Of a DNA stretch of 64,000 bases, positions 9,703-20,454 are shown piece by piece. Position 1 is the first letter of the stretch; every line of letters begins with the position of its first letter. Position numbers and translations under genes: made by a program. The stretch is from assembly GCA_963701295.1 (NCBI GenBank), contig OY969585.1, positions 1,888,001 through 1,952,000 on the forward strand. Direction: 5' to 3'. The notes under the pieces were generated by a model. The model was not told the DNA's origin, did no database searches, and saw only the letters and a list, made by a program, of their open reading frames with translations. This stretch comes from Ignavibacteriota bacterium (lineage in GTDB: Bacteria; Bacteroidota; Ignavibacteria; UBA10030).

Positions 9703-9868
9703 TTTAGAAAAATCCTCGCAGGTACGCAAAGTAAAGAGGTACCTTAAAATTGTCCATACTAAGACCCTCGCCGCAGAGAAGAAGTTGTTGTAGAGGTTGA
9801 TCGGTTGAAGCATGAGATGGATAAACAGGTGACGAAGTATTAATATATTTAAAGAGGAGATGAAATAT

Positions 9869-10879
9869 ATGAACACACGATTTCTCGGAAATACCGGAGT
9901 AAGAGTCTCCGAACTTTGTTTCGGCGCTATGACTTTCGGCGGCAAGGGTTACTGGAAGAATATTGGACAGGTAGAACAGAAAGAAGCCGACGAACTGGTG
10001 AACACAGCAATAGAGGGTGGAATAAACTTCTTTGATACCGCGAACGTGTATTCTGAAGGACGGTCTGAAGAAATCCTCGGCAAAGCGCTCGGCAATAGGC
10101 GGAGAGACATTGTCCTCGCAACGAAGGTCAGAGGGAGAACTGGCACCGGCCCTAATGATGTTGGCCTTTCACGAAAGCACATTATCGATTCCTGCAATGC
10201 GAGTCTCAAGAGACTCGGCACAGATTACATAGATCTGTACCAGGTTCACAGTTTCGATCCATGGACTCCGCTTGATGAGACCCTCCGAACTCTTGATGAT
10301 TTAGTAAGGGAGGGGAAAGTAAGATACATCGGGGCGTCCAATTTTACGGGCTGGCAATTGATGAAAGCGCTAGCCATCTCCGAAAAACAAAACCTTGGGA
10401 AATTTGTAACGCTTCAGGCATTATATTCCCTGATCGCCCGCGACCTTGAGAACGAGCTTGTTCCGCTCTCGCTTGATCAAAAACTCGGGATTCTTCCCTG
10501 GAGTCCGTTGGGCGGTGGCTTTTTAACAGGAAAGTACCGACGCGGCATGCCGCGGCCGGAAGGTGCTAGAAGATCTGACCCGACCAATCAATTCCTCCAA
10601 TTCGATGAAGAAAAGGGATTCGACATTGTAGATGAGCTGGAGAAAATAACTCGTAACCATGGCACAACGATTACGCAGGCAGCGCTGAACTATCTGCTCA
10701 GGAAACCCGGTGTTACTTCAGTCATAATCGGCGCAAAAAATAAAGAGCAACTCACCGACAATCTCAAAACTGTTGATTGGGAGATGACCGCTGAAGAAGT
10801 CGTTCGACTCGATGAGTTGAGCAAGCCGCCTAAGGTGTATCCATACTGGATGCTCGAAAGGATGTCGATGGACAGATGA
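9869..10879 (+). CDS. Aldo/keto reductase
   Basis: DTANVY, ATK, DYIDLYQVH, PWSPLGGG; start chosen by GAGGAG spacing. Confidence 0.92.
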   Translation: MNTRFLGNTGVRVSELCFGAMTFGGKGYWKNIGQVEQKEADELVNTAIEGGINFFDTANVYSEGRSEEILGKALGNRRRDIVLATKVRGRTGTGPNDVGLSRKHIIDSCNASLKRLGTDYIDLYQVHSFDPWTPLDETLRTLDDLVREGKVRYIGASNFTGWQLMKALAISEKQNLGKFVTLQALYSLIARDLENELVPLSLDQKLGILPWSPLGGGFLTGKYRRGMPRPEGARRSDPTNQFLQFDEEKGFDIVDELEKITRNHGTTITQAALNYLLRKPGVTSVIIGAKNKEQLTDNLKTVDWEMTAEEVVRLDELSKPPKVYPYWMLERMSMDR

Positions 10880-10886
10880 GGTGTCA

Positions 10887-11657
10887 ATGAAACTCAAAGA
10901 TAAAATTGCAATTGTTACAGGTGGCGGGCGCGGAATCGGAAAAGCAATCGCCGAGGCCTTTGCCCGCGAAGGAGCGAACGTTGTCGTCACCGCAGCGCGG
11001 CAGAGAAACGAAATCGAACAGGTCGCGTCGAAAATTGGCGGCACCGCCGTCTTATCGAATGTTTCGAATAAAGACGATGTACGGAAACTTGTCGATTCTG
11101 TCGTCTCGGAATTCGGCAGAATCGACATACTGGTCAACAATGCCGCGCGAGGAATGAAATTTGTCAATGAGAGTTTTATGACGGAATCGAAGCCTTTCTG
11201 GGAAGCGGATCCTGACATGTGGCGGATGGTCATAGACACAAACATAAGCGGTGTTTTCCTGATAACTCGAGCAGTGATCCCTCACATGCTTGAGCAAAGA
11301 TTTGGAAGGATCATCAATATTTCGATTAATCATGAAACGATGAAGCGCAAAGGGTTCACTCCTTATGGTTCGTCTAAGGCAACGCTCGAATCGATGAGCG
11401 CTATCTGGGCACTGGAATTGGAAGGCACGGGAATAACTCTCAACGTCTTACTCCCCGGTGGGGCGACAAACACTGGAATGATTCCGGACACATTTCCAGA
11501 ACCTAAAAGAAAAGAGCTAATTGATCCCGCCATAATGGGACCGCCTGCAGTTTATCTGGCTTCAGATAATGCAAGTGGGATCAACGGACAACGGATAATT
11601 GCGATTGAATGGAAAGAACACAAAGTGACCAGCAATAAAAAAGCTTTTGAATTTTAA
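10887..11657 (+). CDS. Short-chain dehydrogenase/reductase
   Basis: TGGGRGIG, LVNNA, YGSSK; ATG after GAGGTG. Confidence 0.92.
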   Translation: MKLKDKIAIVTGGGRGIGKAIAEAFAREGANVVVTAARQRNEIEQVASKIGGTAVLSNVSNKDDVRKLVDSVVSEFGRIDILVNNAARGMKFVNESFMTESKPFWEADPDMWRMVIDTNISGVFLITRAVIPHMLEQRFGRIINISINHETMKRKGFTPYGSSKATLESMSAIWALELEGTGITLNVLLPGGATNTGMIPDTFPEPKRKELIDPAIMGPPAVYLASDNASGINGQRIIAIEWKEHKVTSNKKAFEF

Positions 11658-11690
11658 GAATTACGAGTAAATATTTTAACGGAAGAAATA

Positions 11691-12677
<987 letters not shown>

Positions 12678-12812
12678 AACAAAATTAAAATGGGCTGCCC
12701 CAAAATTATATATCGATATTGAGTTAGTATATTTTCATTTTGATTGTGCTGTAATGATGTATACACGTCGAGACATCATATGGCATTTGTAGATTAAGCC
12801 GTAACAGTGAAA

Positions 12813-12885
12813 TCGTGGGTTCGTAACTGGGTCATGAAAAAAAAGAGACCGAATCTTTTCAGAATCGGCCGAAAAAGTAGCGGGG
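12813..12885. repeat. Island junction 2: right arm, A-tract/hairpin and GTAGCGGGG core
   Basis: 12813-12847 matches 21841-21875 at 27/35; both arms start 64 bp before the core. Confidence 0.75.
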
Positions 12886-13552
12886 TCCGCCACGTACTGC
12901 CGGGAAAGACTCATATTTCTGCATCTCCTGCTGAAATCAGCACTTCAAAATGGGAAACATCCCCCTTTTCGTATCATAAGCATGCTTCTCGGTTAATTCG
13001 GTTAATAGAACCCTCTGCATCTGAGTTACAATCGCCTGAAACCAGAACACTCTTTTCTTGTATCTCTTTAATTACTGAAATCCTTTTAGAATAGGCATTC
13101 AATCGCTCGAATCGGAGCGGGATCAATACCTCAAGGACTTTGGTTCAAATAGATTCAGCTTTGTTCGTGAAATTGCAGAACGGGTTGTCGAACAAAATTC
13201 CAATATGACCAGAGTTAGCGAACGAAGTGAAGCTAACTATGTTGTCAAATTGAGGATCCCGCTAATGAGCATATCCCAAGAAAGCGGGACAATCAACTAA
13301 TTCAAAAACTCGAATCGCTGATAGGAGAGGGCGTGCCATTCTGACTTTATCTTACAAATACATTTCGCGTTTCCCCACCCTCATTATTTCAGATTTTTCC
13401 CTGTCGATAATGCAGCACTTGTGCCCATAAAAGGATTAATCCCTTTTTCATCCCTTAGACCTATTTCCGATTAAACAAATAGTCAGTATTCTTTTTAAAC
13501 TAAAAATATAAAGTGTTAACTCCTGAAGGTAGCTGGCAATATTCTTTTCGTT

Positions 13553-13686
13553 GCTTGACTAAAAATAAGTTGACGGATGAATCGGGGTAAAGAGAAGTAT
13601 TTATTGGATGAGATGTGTGGAATGTGAGATAGATGAAAAGGCGAAGAAGAATTGATATGCCGCAACTTATGCGCCATCCGTTAGGC
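13553..13686 (+). repeat. Degenerate solitary attC-like site
   Basis: GTTAGGC (GTTRRRY) at 13680. ATAAGTTGaCGG (13565) pairs with CCGCAACTTAT (13660) with one bulged base. The left box GCTTGAC is degenerate. Confidence 0.45.
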
Positions 13687-13733
13687 GGCTAATATTGTGT
13701 AAAATATTTCATAATCATTTAGGGAAACATGAA

Positions 13734-15419
13734 ATGAAAACACACTTATTATTTCTATCATTTTACTTAGTTTTTTTTGCAAGTATTAGATTATTTGCTT
13801 TTAGCGGAAGCGGTTCTGGTACTTCCGGCGATCCGTATTTGGTTACATCAGCTTCACAAATTGATGAAGTGCGAAACAATCTAACTACTTATTACAAACA
13901 AACTATTGATATCGATATAAGCGGTTATTCTAACTGGTCGAAGATCGGAACAACTACAACCGCCGGTACTAATTTTATAGGTACTTATGACGGCAATGGG
14001 TATAAAATTACAGGACTTATTATTACTTCCACTACTGATAGCTACAACGGTTTATTCGGTGTTATAGGTTCTGGAGGAACAGTAAAAAATCTTGGTGTGA
14101 CAGGAGCAAGTGTATCCAGTAGTACTGCAGGACTTGGAATACTTGCAGGTTATAATTATGGAGGTACCGTTGAAAATTGTTATTCAACCGGTACTGTTAC
14201 AAGCAGCGGCAATAATGCCGGCGGGCTTCTTGGAACGACATCAGGTGCGGTGATGGAATGCTATTCTTCTGCAAACGTTACCGCAAATGGAACGTCTTCA
14301 ACAAATATTGGGGGCTTGATAGGAAACAGTAATTCGGGAGCTTCAATAAGCCAGTGCTATTGTACAGGGAATGTAATGAATAATGGTACAAGTGTTATTT
14401 CTATAACAGGGGGATTTATAGGAATTGCAAGTTGTTCTATAGATAATTGTTATTCATCTGGCAATGTTCAGAACAGCACTGGAAGGGCAGGAGGGTTTAT
14501 GGGTGGCACTGGCGCTAATACTCCTGCAATTACAAATTGTTATTCAGTAGGACATGTGACCGCCGCAACCCAAGGTGGTTTTGTTGGTTATTATAATACG
14601 GGTACTTTTACCAGTTGTTATTTCGATTCCGATAAAGCGGGAATGACAAATACTTATGGGGGATATGTGACTTCCGCCCCCACTGGCATAACAGCCAAAA
14701 CTACAGCAGAAATGAAAACGCAATCTACATTTACAGATGCCGGCGGGAATTTTACAACTACATGGGAAATTGTTTCAGGGTTTTATCCGCGATTAAAAAG
14801 TATTCCGGACCCTGCACTTCCTGTTGAGCTTACTTTTTTTATTGCATCCGTCAGCGGCAATACTGTTGCTCTACGTTGGAACACAGCAACCGAAGTGAAC
14901 AACTACGGCTTCGAGATCGAACGCCGAGCAATCGTCAATCAGAACCTCTCCATCTCCTCCCCTAATAGGGGAGGGCTAGGGTGGGGTTGTATTGGTTTTG
15001 TGGCTGGTAACGGGACGAGCAATGCACCAAAAGAATATTCATTTATGGATATTACAGGCGCTGCGGGAAGTTATGTTTATCGGCTAAAACAAATTGATCA
15101 GGACGGTTCTTTCAAATACTCTCAATCAGTTGAAGTTACTACACAAGCGCCGAAACAATTTTCGCTTGCTCAAAATTATCCGAATCCATTCAATCCCACT
15201 ACGACAATAGAGTTTACACTAGCAGAAAACAGCAATGTAACTCTCAAAATATTTGATATTCTTGGTCGGGAAGTGACAACGCTGGTTGATGGGGGACGAA
15301 AAGTGGGAGTATCTTATAAAGAAAACTTTGATGCTTCAAAATTGGCATCGGGATTATATTTCTATCGTTTACAAACAGAAAAGAATTCGTTGGTAAAAAA
15401 ACTGATGCTGCTAAAATAG
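13734..15419 (+). CDS. GLUG-motif beta-helix protein with T9SS type A CTD
   Basis: Signal peptide; FSGSGSGTSGDPY, GTYDGNG, repeated GGxxG...CYSxGxV; LPVEL; QNYPNPFNP. Confidence 0.85.
   Translation: MKTHLLFLSFYLVFFASIRLFAFSGSGSGTSGDPYLVTSASQIDEVRNNLTTYYKQTIDIDISGYSNWSKIGTTTTAGTNFIGTYDGNGYKITGLIITSTTDSYNGLFGVIGSGGTVKNLGVTGASVSSSTAGLGILAGYNYGGTVENCYSTGTVTSSGNNAGGLLGTTSGAVMECYSSANVTANGTSSTNIGGLIGNSNSGASISQCYCTGNVMNNGTSVISITGGFIGIASCSIDNCYSSGNVQNSTGRAGGFMGGTGANTPAITNCYSVGHVTAATQGGFVGYYNTGTFTSCYFDSDKAGMTNTYGGYVTSAPTGITAKTTAEMKTQSTFTDAGGNFTTTWEIVSGFYPRLKSIPDPALPVELTFFIASVSGNTVALRWNTATEVNNYGFEIERRAIVNQNLSISSPNRGGLGWGCIGFVAGNGTSNAPKEYSFMDITGAAGSYVYRLKQIDQDGSFKYSQSVEVTTQAPKQFSLAQNYPNPFNPTTTIEFTLAENSNVTLKIFDILGREVTTLVDGGRKVGVSYKENFDASKLASGLYFYRLQTEKNSLVKKLMLLK
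14943..14988. repeat. In-frame palindromic REP-like insertion
   Basis: CCTCCCCTA-A-TAGGGGAGG core with imperfect AACC...GGTT outer arms. Confidence 0.65.
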
Positions 15420-15426
15420 ATGATGG

Positions 15427-15594
15427 ATAACGGTACATGAAAAAAAAGGCTGAGAAAATATCCCAGCTATTTTCATTCTTCATTCTAAAATCTACCATCT
15501 GAAATCCTTTGTAGCGGGGGGGCGAACTGTTGCGAACTCATACGCGAATTTGAAGCTCCTTTCAGCGATTTTATGTAAATTTCAACGAAAGTAA
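15427..15594. repeat. Island junction 3: right arm, heptamer tract, GTAGCGGGGG core and left arm
   Basis: TAACGGTACATGAAAAAAAAG resembles 12824-12845; core at 15511; 15535-15585 matches 7036-7086 at 35/51. Confidence 0.75.
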
Positions 15595-15602
15595 TCTTTA
15601 AT

Positions 15603-15631
15603 TTGACTTTTTTTGAAACTTTTATTATAAT
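15603..15631 (+). promoter_or_regulatory. Sigma70 promoter of tetR
   Basis: TTGACT-N17-TATAAT. Confidence 0.8.
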
Positions 15632-15657
15632 TAGACCGTAATACGAATATAGTCGAA
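15631..15657. promoter_or_regulatory. Putative TetR operator 1
   Basis: TTAGACC-N13-AGTCGAA overlapping the predicted transcription start. Confidence 0.65.
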
Positions 15658-15666
15658 AGGACTAAA

Positions 15667-16239
15667 ATGAACAAAGATGATATTATCAGAGCCGAAATTT
15701 TAAAAGCTGCCGAATATGTTTTTCAGAAATGGGGATTGAATAAGACCACAATGGAGGATATTGCTCGCGAAGCAGGTAAAGGAAAAAGTACTCTTTATTA
15801 TTATTATCTGAGTAAAGAAGAAATATTTGATGCCGTAGTTATTGGTGAGTTTGCGCAGATACTTAAAAAAGCGAAAGAACTAGCGGAAGAAACAAAAACA
15901 GCAAAAGAAAGATTGATCAAATATATCGTCGAGTCGATTAATGAAATGAAAAACAGGGTCAGCACCTATACTATTGTACATGAAGAAATTAGGCGCAATC
16001 AAAATTTCATTAAAAAATTGCGCGATAAGTTTCAGGCACAAGAAGAAAGATACATCGAGGAGATATTGAAGGTTGGTTTGAAAAACAAAGAATTTACATT
16101 TATCGATAAAAGTGAAGTAACAACAGCTGCAAAAACAATCACAGGAATGATGCATGCGCTAGAGCTTTATTTGTTATTGGAAAATGATGATACCGCTCAA
16201 ATTGACATCGCTGCCCGTTTTATCGCAAATGGACTTTAA
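15667..16239 (+). CDS. TetR/AcrR family regulator
   Basis: TTMEDIAREAGKGKSTLYYYY HTH. Confidence 0.93.
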   Translation: MNKDDIIRAEILKAAEYVFQKWGLNKTTMEDIAREAGKGKSTLYYYYLSKEEIFDAVVIGEFAQILKKAKELAEETKTAKERLIKYIVESINEMKNRVSTYTIVHEEIRRNQNFIKKLRDKFQAQEERYIEEILKVGLKNKEFTFIDKSEVTTAAKTITGMMHALELYLLLENDDTAQIDIAARFIANGL

Positions 16240-16257
16240 GTTTTTTTTTGTCAATAA

Positions 16258-16284
16258 TTCGACCATAATACCGTATTGGTCTAA
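16258..16284. promoter_or_regulatory. Putative TetR operator 2
   Basis: TTCGACC-N13-GGTCTAA, same layout as operator 1. Confidence 0.65.
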
Positions 16285-16303
16285 TAATCCAAAGGATACA
16301 ATT

Positions 16304-17341
16304 ATGAAAAATAAAAAGAATCAACTTGTCATTTTCTTTATTGGAATCGCACTTTCTGTGTGTGGCTGTTCCGGTAATTCTGGCGATCAAAATAATACTT
16401 CTGTTAAGGTTCAGGTTGAAAAAGTAAAACCCGCCGATGTAAGTCAGGAGCTTTCATACAGCGGCACCATCGAAGAATCCGAAACCATTCCGCTTAGTTT
16501 TTCTTCGGTAGGAACTGTGTCGAAAGTATTTGTTTCCGAAGGTGCAATTGTAAGGAAGGGACAAATCCTTGCGGAATTAGACAATGCAACGTATCAAAAT
16601 ACCTATGCTATGATGCATGCGTCCGAGGAGCAGGCAGAAGATGCTTTTAAACGCTTAACGCCGATGCATAATAATGGTAATCTGCCGGATGTAAAATATG
16701 TAGAAGTGGAAACCGGCTTGCAAAAAGCAAAAGCGGGAGCATCCATTGCAAGGAAAAATTTGGATGACTGCAAGTTATATGCAACCACCGATGGACATAT
16801 CGGTAAACGATCCATCGAGCCCGGCATGACCGCTATGCCGAACCTCACTTCGATTACGATTGTGAAAATAAACAAAGTGTTTGCCCGTGTATCGGTTTCG
16901 GAGAATGAAATTGCACAAATTCACAAAGGGCAAAAAGCAAATATAACAATTGGCGCATTGGGATCTGTGATCTATAATGGCGTGGTGGAAGAAATCGGTG
17001 TTGTTGCGGACCCAATAGCACATTCGTATAAAATAAAAATTGGAATAGAGAACAAAGATTTATCCATCAAGCCGGGGATGATCTGTTCTACAATCATTGA
17101 AAGCCCAAACGCATTCCACGGTGTCGTTGTTCCGAGCAGAGCGGTTATGATCGATGAGTCGGGAAAGAATTTTGTATATGTCGTTTCATCACAAAACAAA
17201 GCAATGCGCAAATATATTCTCACCGGTCAGTTGCTGAACAGCGGTATTGAAGTACTGGATGGATTACAAATGAACGATACGATCGTTGTGGAAGGCCAAC
17301 ATAAACTCATTGAAAACGCCTTTGTGCAAATTGTGAATTAA
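16304..17341 (+). CDS. RND efflux membrane fusion lipoprotein
   Basis: Signal/lipobox, GTVSKVFVSEG, IKPGM; start moved to the ATG after AAGGA. Confidence 0.9.
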   Translation: MKNKKNQLVIFFIGIALSVCGCSGNSGDQNNTSVKVQVEKVKPADVSQELSYSGTIEESETIPLSFSSVGTVSKVFVSEGAIVRKGQILAELDNATYQNTYAMMHASEEQAEDAFKRLTPMHNNGNLPDVKYVEVETGLQKAKAGASIARKNLDDCKLYATTDGHIGKRSIEPGMTAMPNLTSITIVKINKVFARVSVSENEIAQIHKGQKANITIGALGSVIYNGVVEEIGVVADPIAHSYKIKIGIENKDLSIKPGMICSTIIESPNAFHGVVVPSRAVMIDESGKNFVYVVSSQNKAMRKYILTGQLLNSGIEVLDGLQMNDTIVVEGQHKLIENAFVQIVN

Positions 17342-20300
17342 TGGCAAACGGAAAGTACATGAAAATGGAAAAGAAACTTACATTGCTCGAAAGGCTTCTG
17401 CGGTACAAACAGGTGCTGTATATTTTTTCTGTGATCGCCGTTCTTATAGGAGTTGTGGCCCTCTTCCAGATGCCGCGCGATGAATATCCAACATTTACTG
17501 TACCAACAGGTCTCATCGTTGGTGTGTTCCCTGGTGCCTCTTCTCATCAGGTAGAAGAACAATTGACAGCTAAAGTAGAGAATTATCTGTTCCAGTATAA
17601 GTCGGTTGATCGCTCCAAGACGTATTCCGTTTCAAAAGAGAACGTCATGCTCATTTACGTTCAGGTCTCAGATGCTGAAAAGGATAAAGATGGATTTTGG
17701 GCGAAATTGCGCCATGGCTTGAATGATTTGAAAGTAGAACTGCCTGCCGGAGTAACTTCTTTGACAGCGGATAATGATTTCGGTAGTACGTCTGCAATGC
17801 TGCTTGCCGTTCAGTCTGAGACAAAGACATATAAAGAACTTGAAAATTATATTAAATCTTTTGAAGACGATGTTCGTAAAGTACCGTCGGTCTCTAAAGT
17901 AAAACATTACGGCCTACAGAAAGAACAAATCAGTATTTACATGGATGATGCCAAGCTCGCTAATTATGGCATAAAACCTATTCAGGTCCTTATTGCTCTT
18001 AAGCCGCAAAGCACCGTAAATTATGTGGGGGAGATAGATGATGGTAAATATGTGCGTCCGATCCATATTACCTCAAACCTTAAAACCGAACAGGATGTAG
18101 CCAGCCAAATTATTTATTCCGATCCGCAAGGCAATGTTGTACGCGTCAAGGATATTGCAAAAGTAGTGCGTGAATATGAGGATATGGATTCCTATATCCG
18201 TGTCAACGGAAAAAAATGCCTGCTTGTTTCGCTTGAAATGAAATCAGGGGAGAATATTGTCCAATTTGGTGATGCAGTACAAAAAGCCATTGATAAGTTC
18301 TCTGTCATACTTCCACCTGATATAAAGATCATCACTATTTCCAATATCCCCAATGTCGTGTCGAAAGCTATTGCAAATTTTCTCAAAGAATTTGCCATTG
18401 CAATGTTAGCTGTAATATTGGTTACTGTCCTTCTGCTTCCATTAAGAGTTGCCCGTATTGCGGCAATGTCAATTCCAACTTCTATACTGACAGCTATCGG
18501 GATCATGTGGATAAATGGAATAGAGCTGCAAACCGTTTCACTAGCAGGTTTAATTATTGTCCTTGGTATCACTGTGGATGATGCTATCGTTATAGTCGAT
18601 AATTATATAGAGAAGTTGGATCAGGGTATGACCCCGTTCGATGCTGGAACAAAAAGTGTAACCCAGCTCTTTAGTTCCGTGCTTTCCGCTACGCTTATTA
18701 TCATAGCGTGTTTTTTGCCGATGCCGATATTTATGACCGGTCAGGGTGGAGATTTTATCCAATCACTTCCGACGACCATTATGTATGCATTGCTCATATC
18801 ATTGCTGCTTTCAGTCTCTATTATACCCTTGTTAAGTTACACATTCATTAAAACAGGTATAAAAGGTAATTCATTTAAAAAAGGGAAAGTGACATTTCTC
18901 GATAGACTTCAGAAATTTTATAACGGACTTCTTGAGAAAGCGTTTAAAAGGAAAAAACTGGTGGTCCTTGCAGGTGGTCTTTCGTTCATCACAGGACTTG
19001 CATTGATTGCGGTTACTCCGCAGCAGTCATTCCCAAAACTTGAAAGGAACCAGTTTGCAGTGGAAGTATTTCTGCCCATCGGAAGTTCTCTGCAAAAAAC
19101 AGATTCTGTTATCACAGATCTTGAGGGAATACTTCAAAAAGACTCGCGCGTTCAAGTCGTGACGTCATTTATTGGAACAAGCTCACCACGTTTTAATGCT
19201 CTCTATGCACCCAATTTTCCTGCAAAGAATTATGGTCAATTGGTTGTGGTCACGGAATCGAACAAGGCTACAGTTGAAATTCTCGACGAGTACAGCAAGA
19301 AATTGGAAGGCAAATATCCCCTTGCCAATATAAAATGGAAGCAATTGGCTTTCGAAATATTCAAGGCTCCAATTGAGATCCGTATTTCGGGAGACAGCAT
19401 CCAAACCAACAAACAGACAGCAAATCGTGTCTCTGATATTTTGCGGCAATTCAAGGATCTCGAATTCATACGCACTGATTATGAACAACCTTTGCAATCT
19501 GCCGATCTGGTCGTAAGGAGAGATGAAGCAGCGCGGATTGGTTATTCGAATTCGCTTCTGGCTTATTCGCTTATGGTGGGAACCAAAGGATTCCCGATCT
19601 CAACCGTATGGGAAGGAGATTATCCCGTTATTGTGAAGTTAAAAATCAATAAAAAGATCAAATCCAGTCCCAGTGATATCATGAATCAATATGTGACCTC
19701 TCCATTTATGTTCTCCTCTGTTCCGGTTCGTCAGTTGGCAACAATAAAGCCAGGTTGGACAGAAGGAGAAATTGTGCGGCGTAACGGAGTACGAACCATA
19801 ACTGTTTTTGCAGAAATAAAAAGAGGATTACTTCCTGCAACGATATTTAGTAAAATCAAACCTCTTGTCGATAAAATGGACTTGCCTCCCGGCGTTTCGA
19901 TCGAATACGGCGGCGATTATCAAATGAGCATTGAGAATATTACGCCGATGTACTATTCACTTATAGTAAGTATCACCCTGATATTTCTTATCCTTATGTT
20001 TCAATTCAAGAATATTAAAACAACGCTTTTGATCATGGTGACGCTCCCGCTAAGTGTCTTCGGCGTCGCGTTTGGTGTGTTTGTAACAGGATATCCATTC
20101 GGGACAACGGCGTTTATTGGATTGATCGGCTTAATGGGAATCGTTGTACGAAATGGAGTAATATTTGTTTCGTATGCAGAAGAACTTCGTTACGAGCATG
20201 GACATTCATTAGAAGAAGCGGCGATCTCGGCAGGTAAGAGAAGAATGCGTCCGATATTTCTTACTTCGGCCGCTGCCGCAGTAGGCGTTATTCCGATGAT

Positions 20301-20454
20301 TGTGAGCGGTTCTTCGCTGTGGGGACCGCTTGGTACTGTAATATGTTTCGGGCTGCTTTTTGCACTTGTGCTCTCATTGCTGGTGCTGCCCGTGCTGTAC
20401 TATTTGTTCCACAGAAAAGATTTTGAAAAAGTTGAAGAAAGTGAGACACTATGA
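17341..20454 (+). CDS. RND efflux permease (AcrB/AcrD/AcrF family)
   Basis: 1037 aa; VDDAIVIVDN; RMRPIFLTS. Confidence 0.95.
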   Translation: MANGKYMKMEKKLTLLERLLRYKQVLYIFSVIAVLIGVVALFQMPRDEYPTFTVPTGLIVGVFPGASSHQVEEQLTAKVENYLFQYKSVDRSKTYSVSKENVMLIYVQVSDAEKDKDGFWAKLRHGLNDLKVELPAGVTSLTADNDFGSTSAMLLAVQSETKTYKELENYIKSFEDDVRKVPSVSKVKHYGLQKEQISIYMDDAKLANYGIKPIQVLIALKPQSTVNYVGEIDDGKYVRPIHITSNLKTEQDVASQIIYSDPQGNVVRVKDIAKVVREYEDMDSYIRVNGKKCLLVSLEMKSGENIVQFGDAVQKAIDKFSVILPPDIKIITISNIPNVVSKAIANFLKEFAIAMLAVILVTVLLLPLRVARIAAMSIPTSILTAIGIMWINGIELQTVSLAGLIIVLGITVDDAIVIVDNYIEKLDQGMTPFDAGTKSVTQLFSSVLSATLIIIACFLPMPIFMTGQGGDFIQSLPTTIMYALLISLLLSVSIIPLLSYTFIKTGIKGNSFKKGKVTFLDRLQKFYNGLLEKAFKRKKLVVLAGGLSFITGLALIAVTPQQSFPKLERNQFAVEVFLPIGSSLQKTDSVITDLEGILQKDSRVQVVTSFIGTSSPRFNALYAPNFPAKNYGQLVVVTESNKATVEILDEYSKKLEGKYPLANIKWKQLAFEIFKAPIEIRISGDSIQTNKQTANRVSDILRQFKDLEFIRTDYEQPLQSADLVVRRDEAARIGYSNSLLAYSLMVGTKGFPISTVWEGDYPVIVKLKINKKIKSSPSDIMNQYVTSPFMFSSVPVRQLATIKPGWTEGEIVRRNGVRTITVFAEIKRGLLPATIFSKIKPLVDKMDLPPGVSIEYGGDYQMSIENITPMYYSLIVSITLIFLILMFQFKNIKTTLLIMVTLPLSVFGVAFGVFVTGYPFGTTAFIGLIGLMGIVVRNGVIFVSYAEELRYEHGHSLEEAAISAGKRRMRPIFLTSAAAAVGVIPMIVSGSSLWGPLGTVICFGLLFALVLSLLVLPVLYYLFHRKDFEKVEESETL

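Noticed and set aside
12807-13094. 95-aa + strand ORF
   Set aside because: It runs across the island junction arm, hairpin and core, with no RBS or recognisable motif.
12900-13451. Possible minus-strand pseudogene (MKKGLILLWAQ..., EVLIPLRFER...)
   Set aside because: Multiple stops and no identifiable family.
13578-13600. ATCGGGGTAAAGAGAAGTA resembling the right arm at 21853
   Set aside because: Short purine-rich match with no core at the expected distance.
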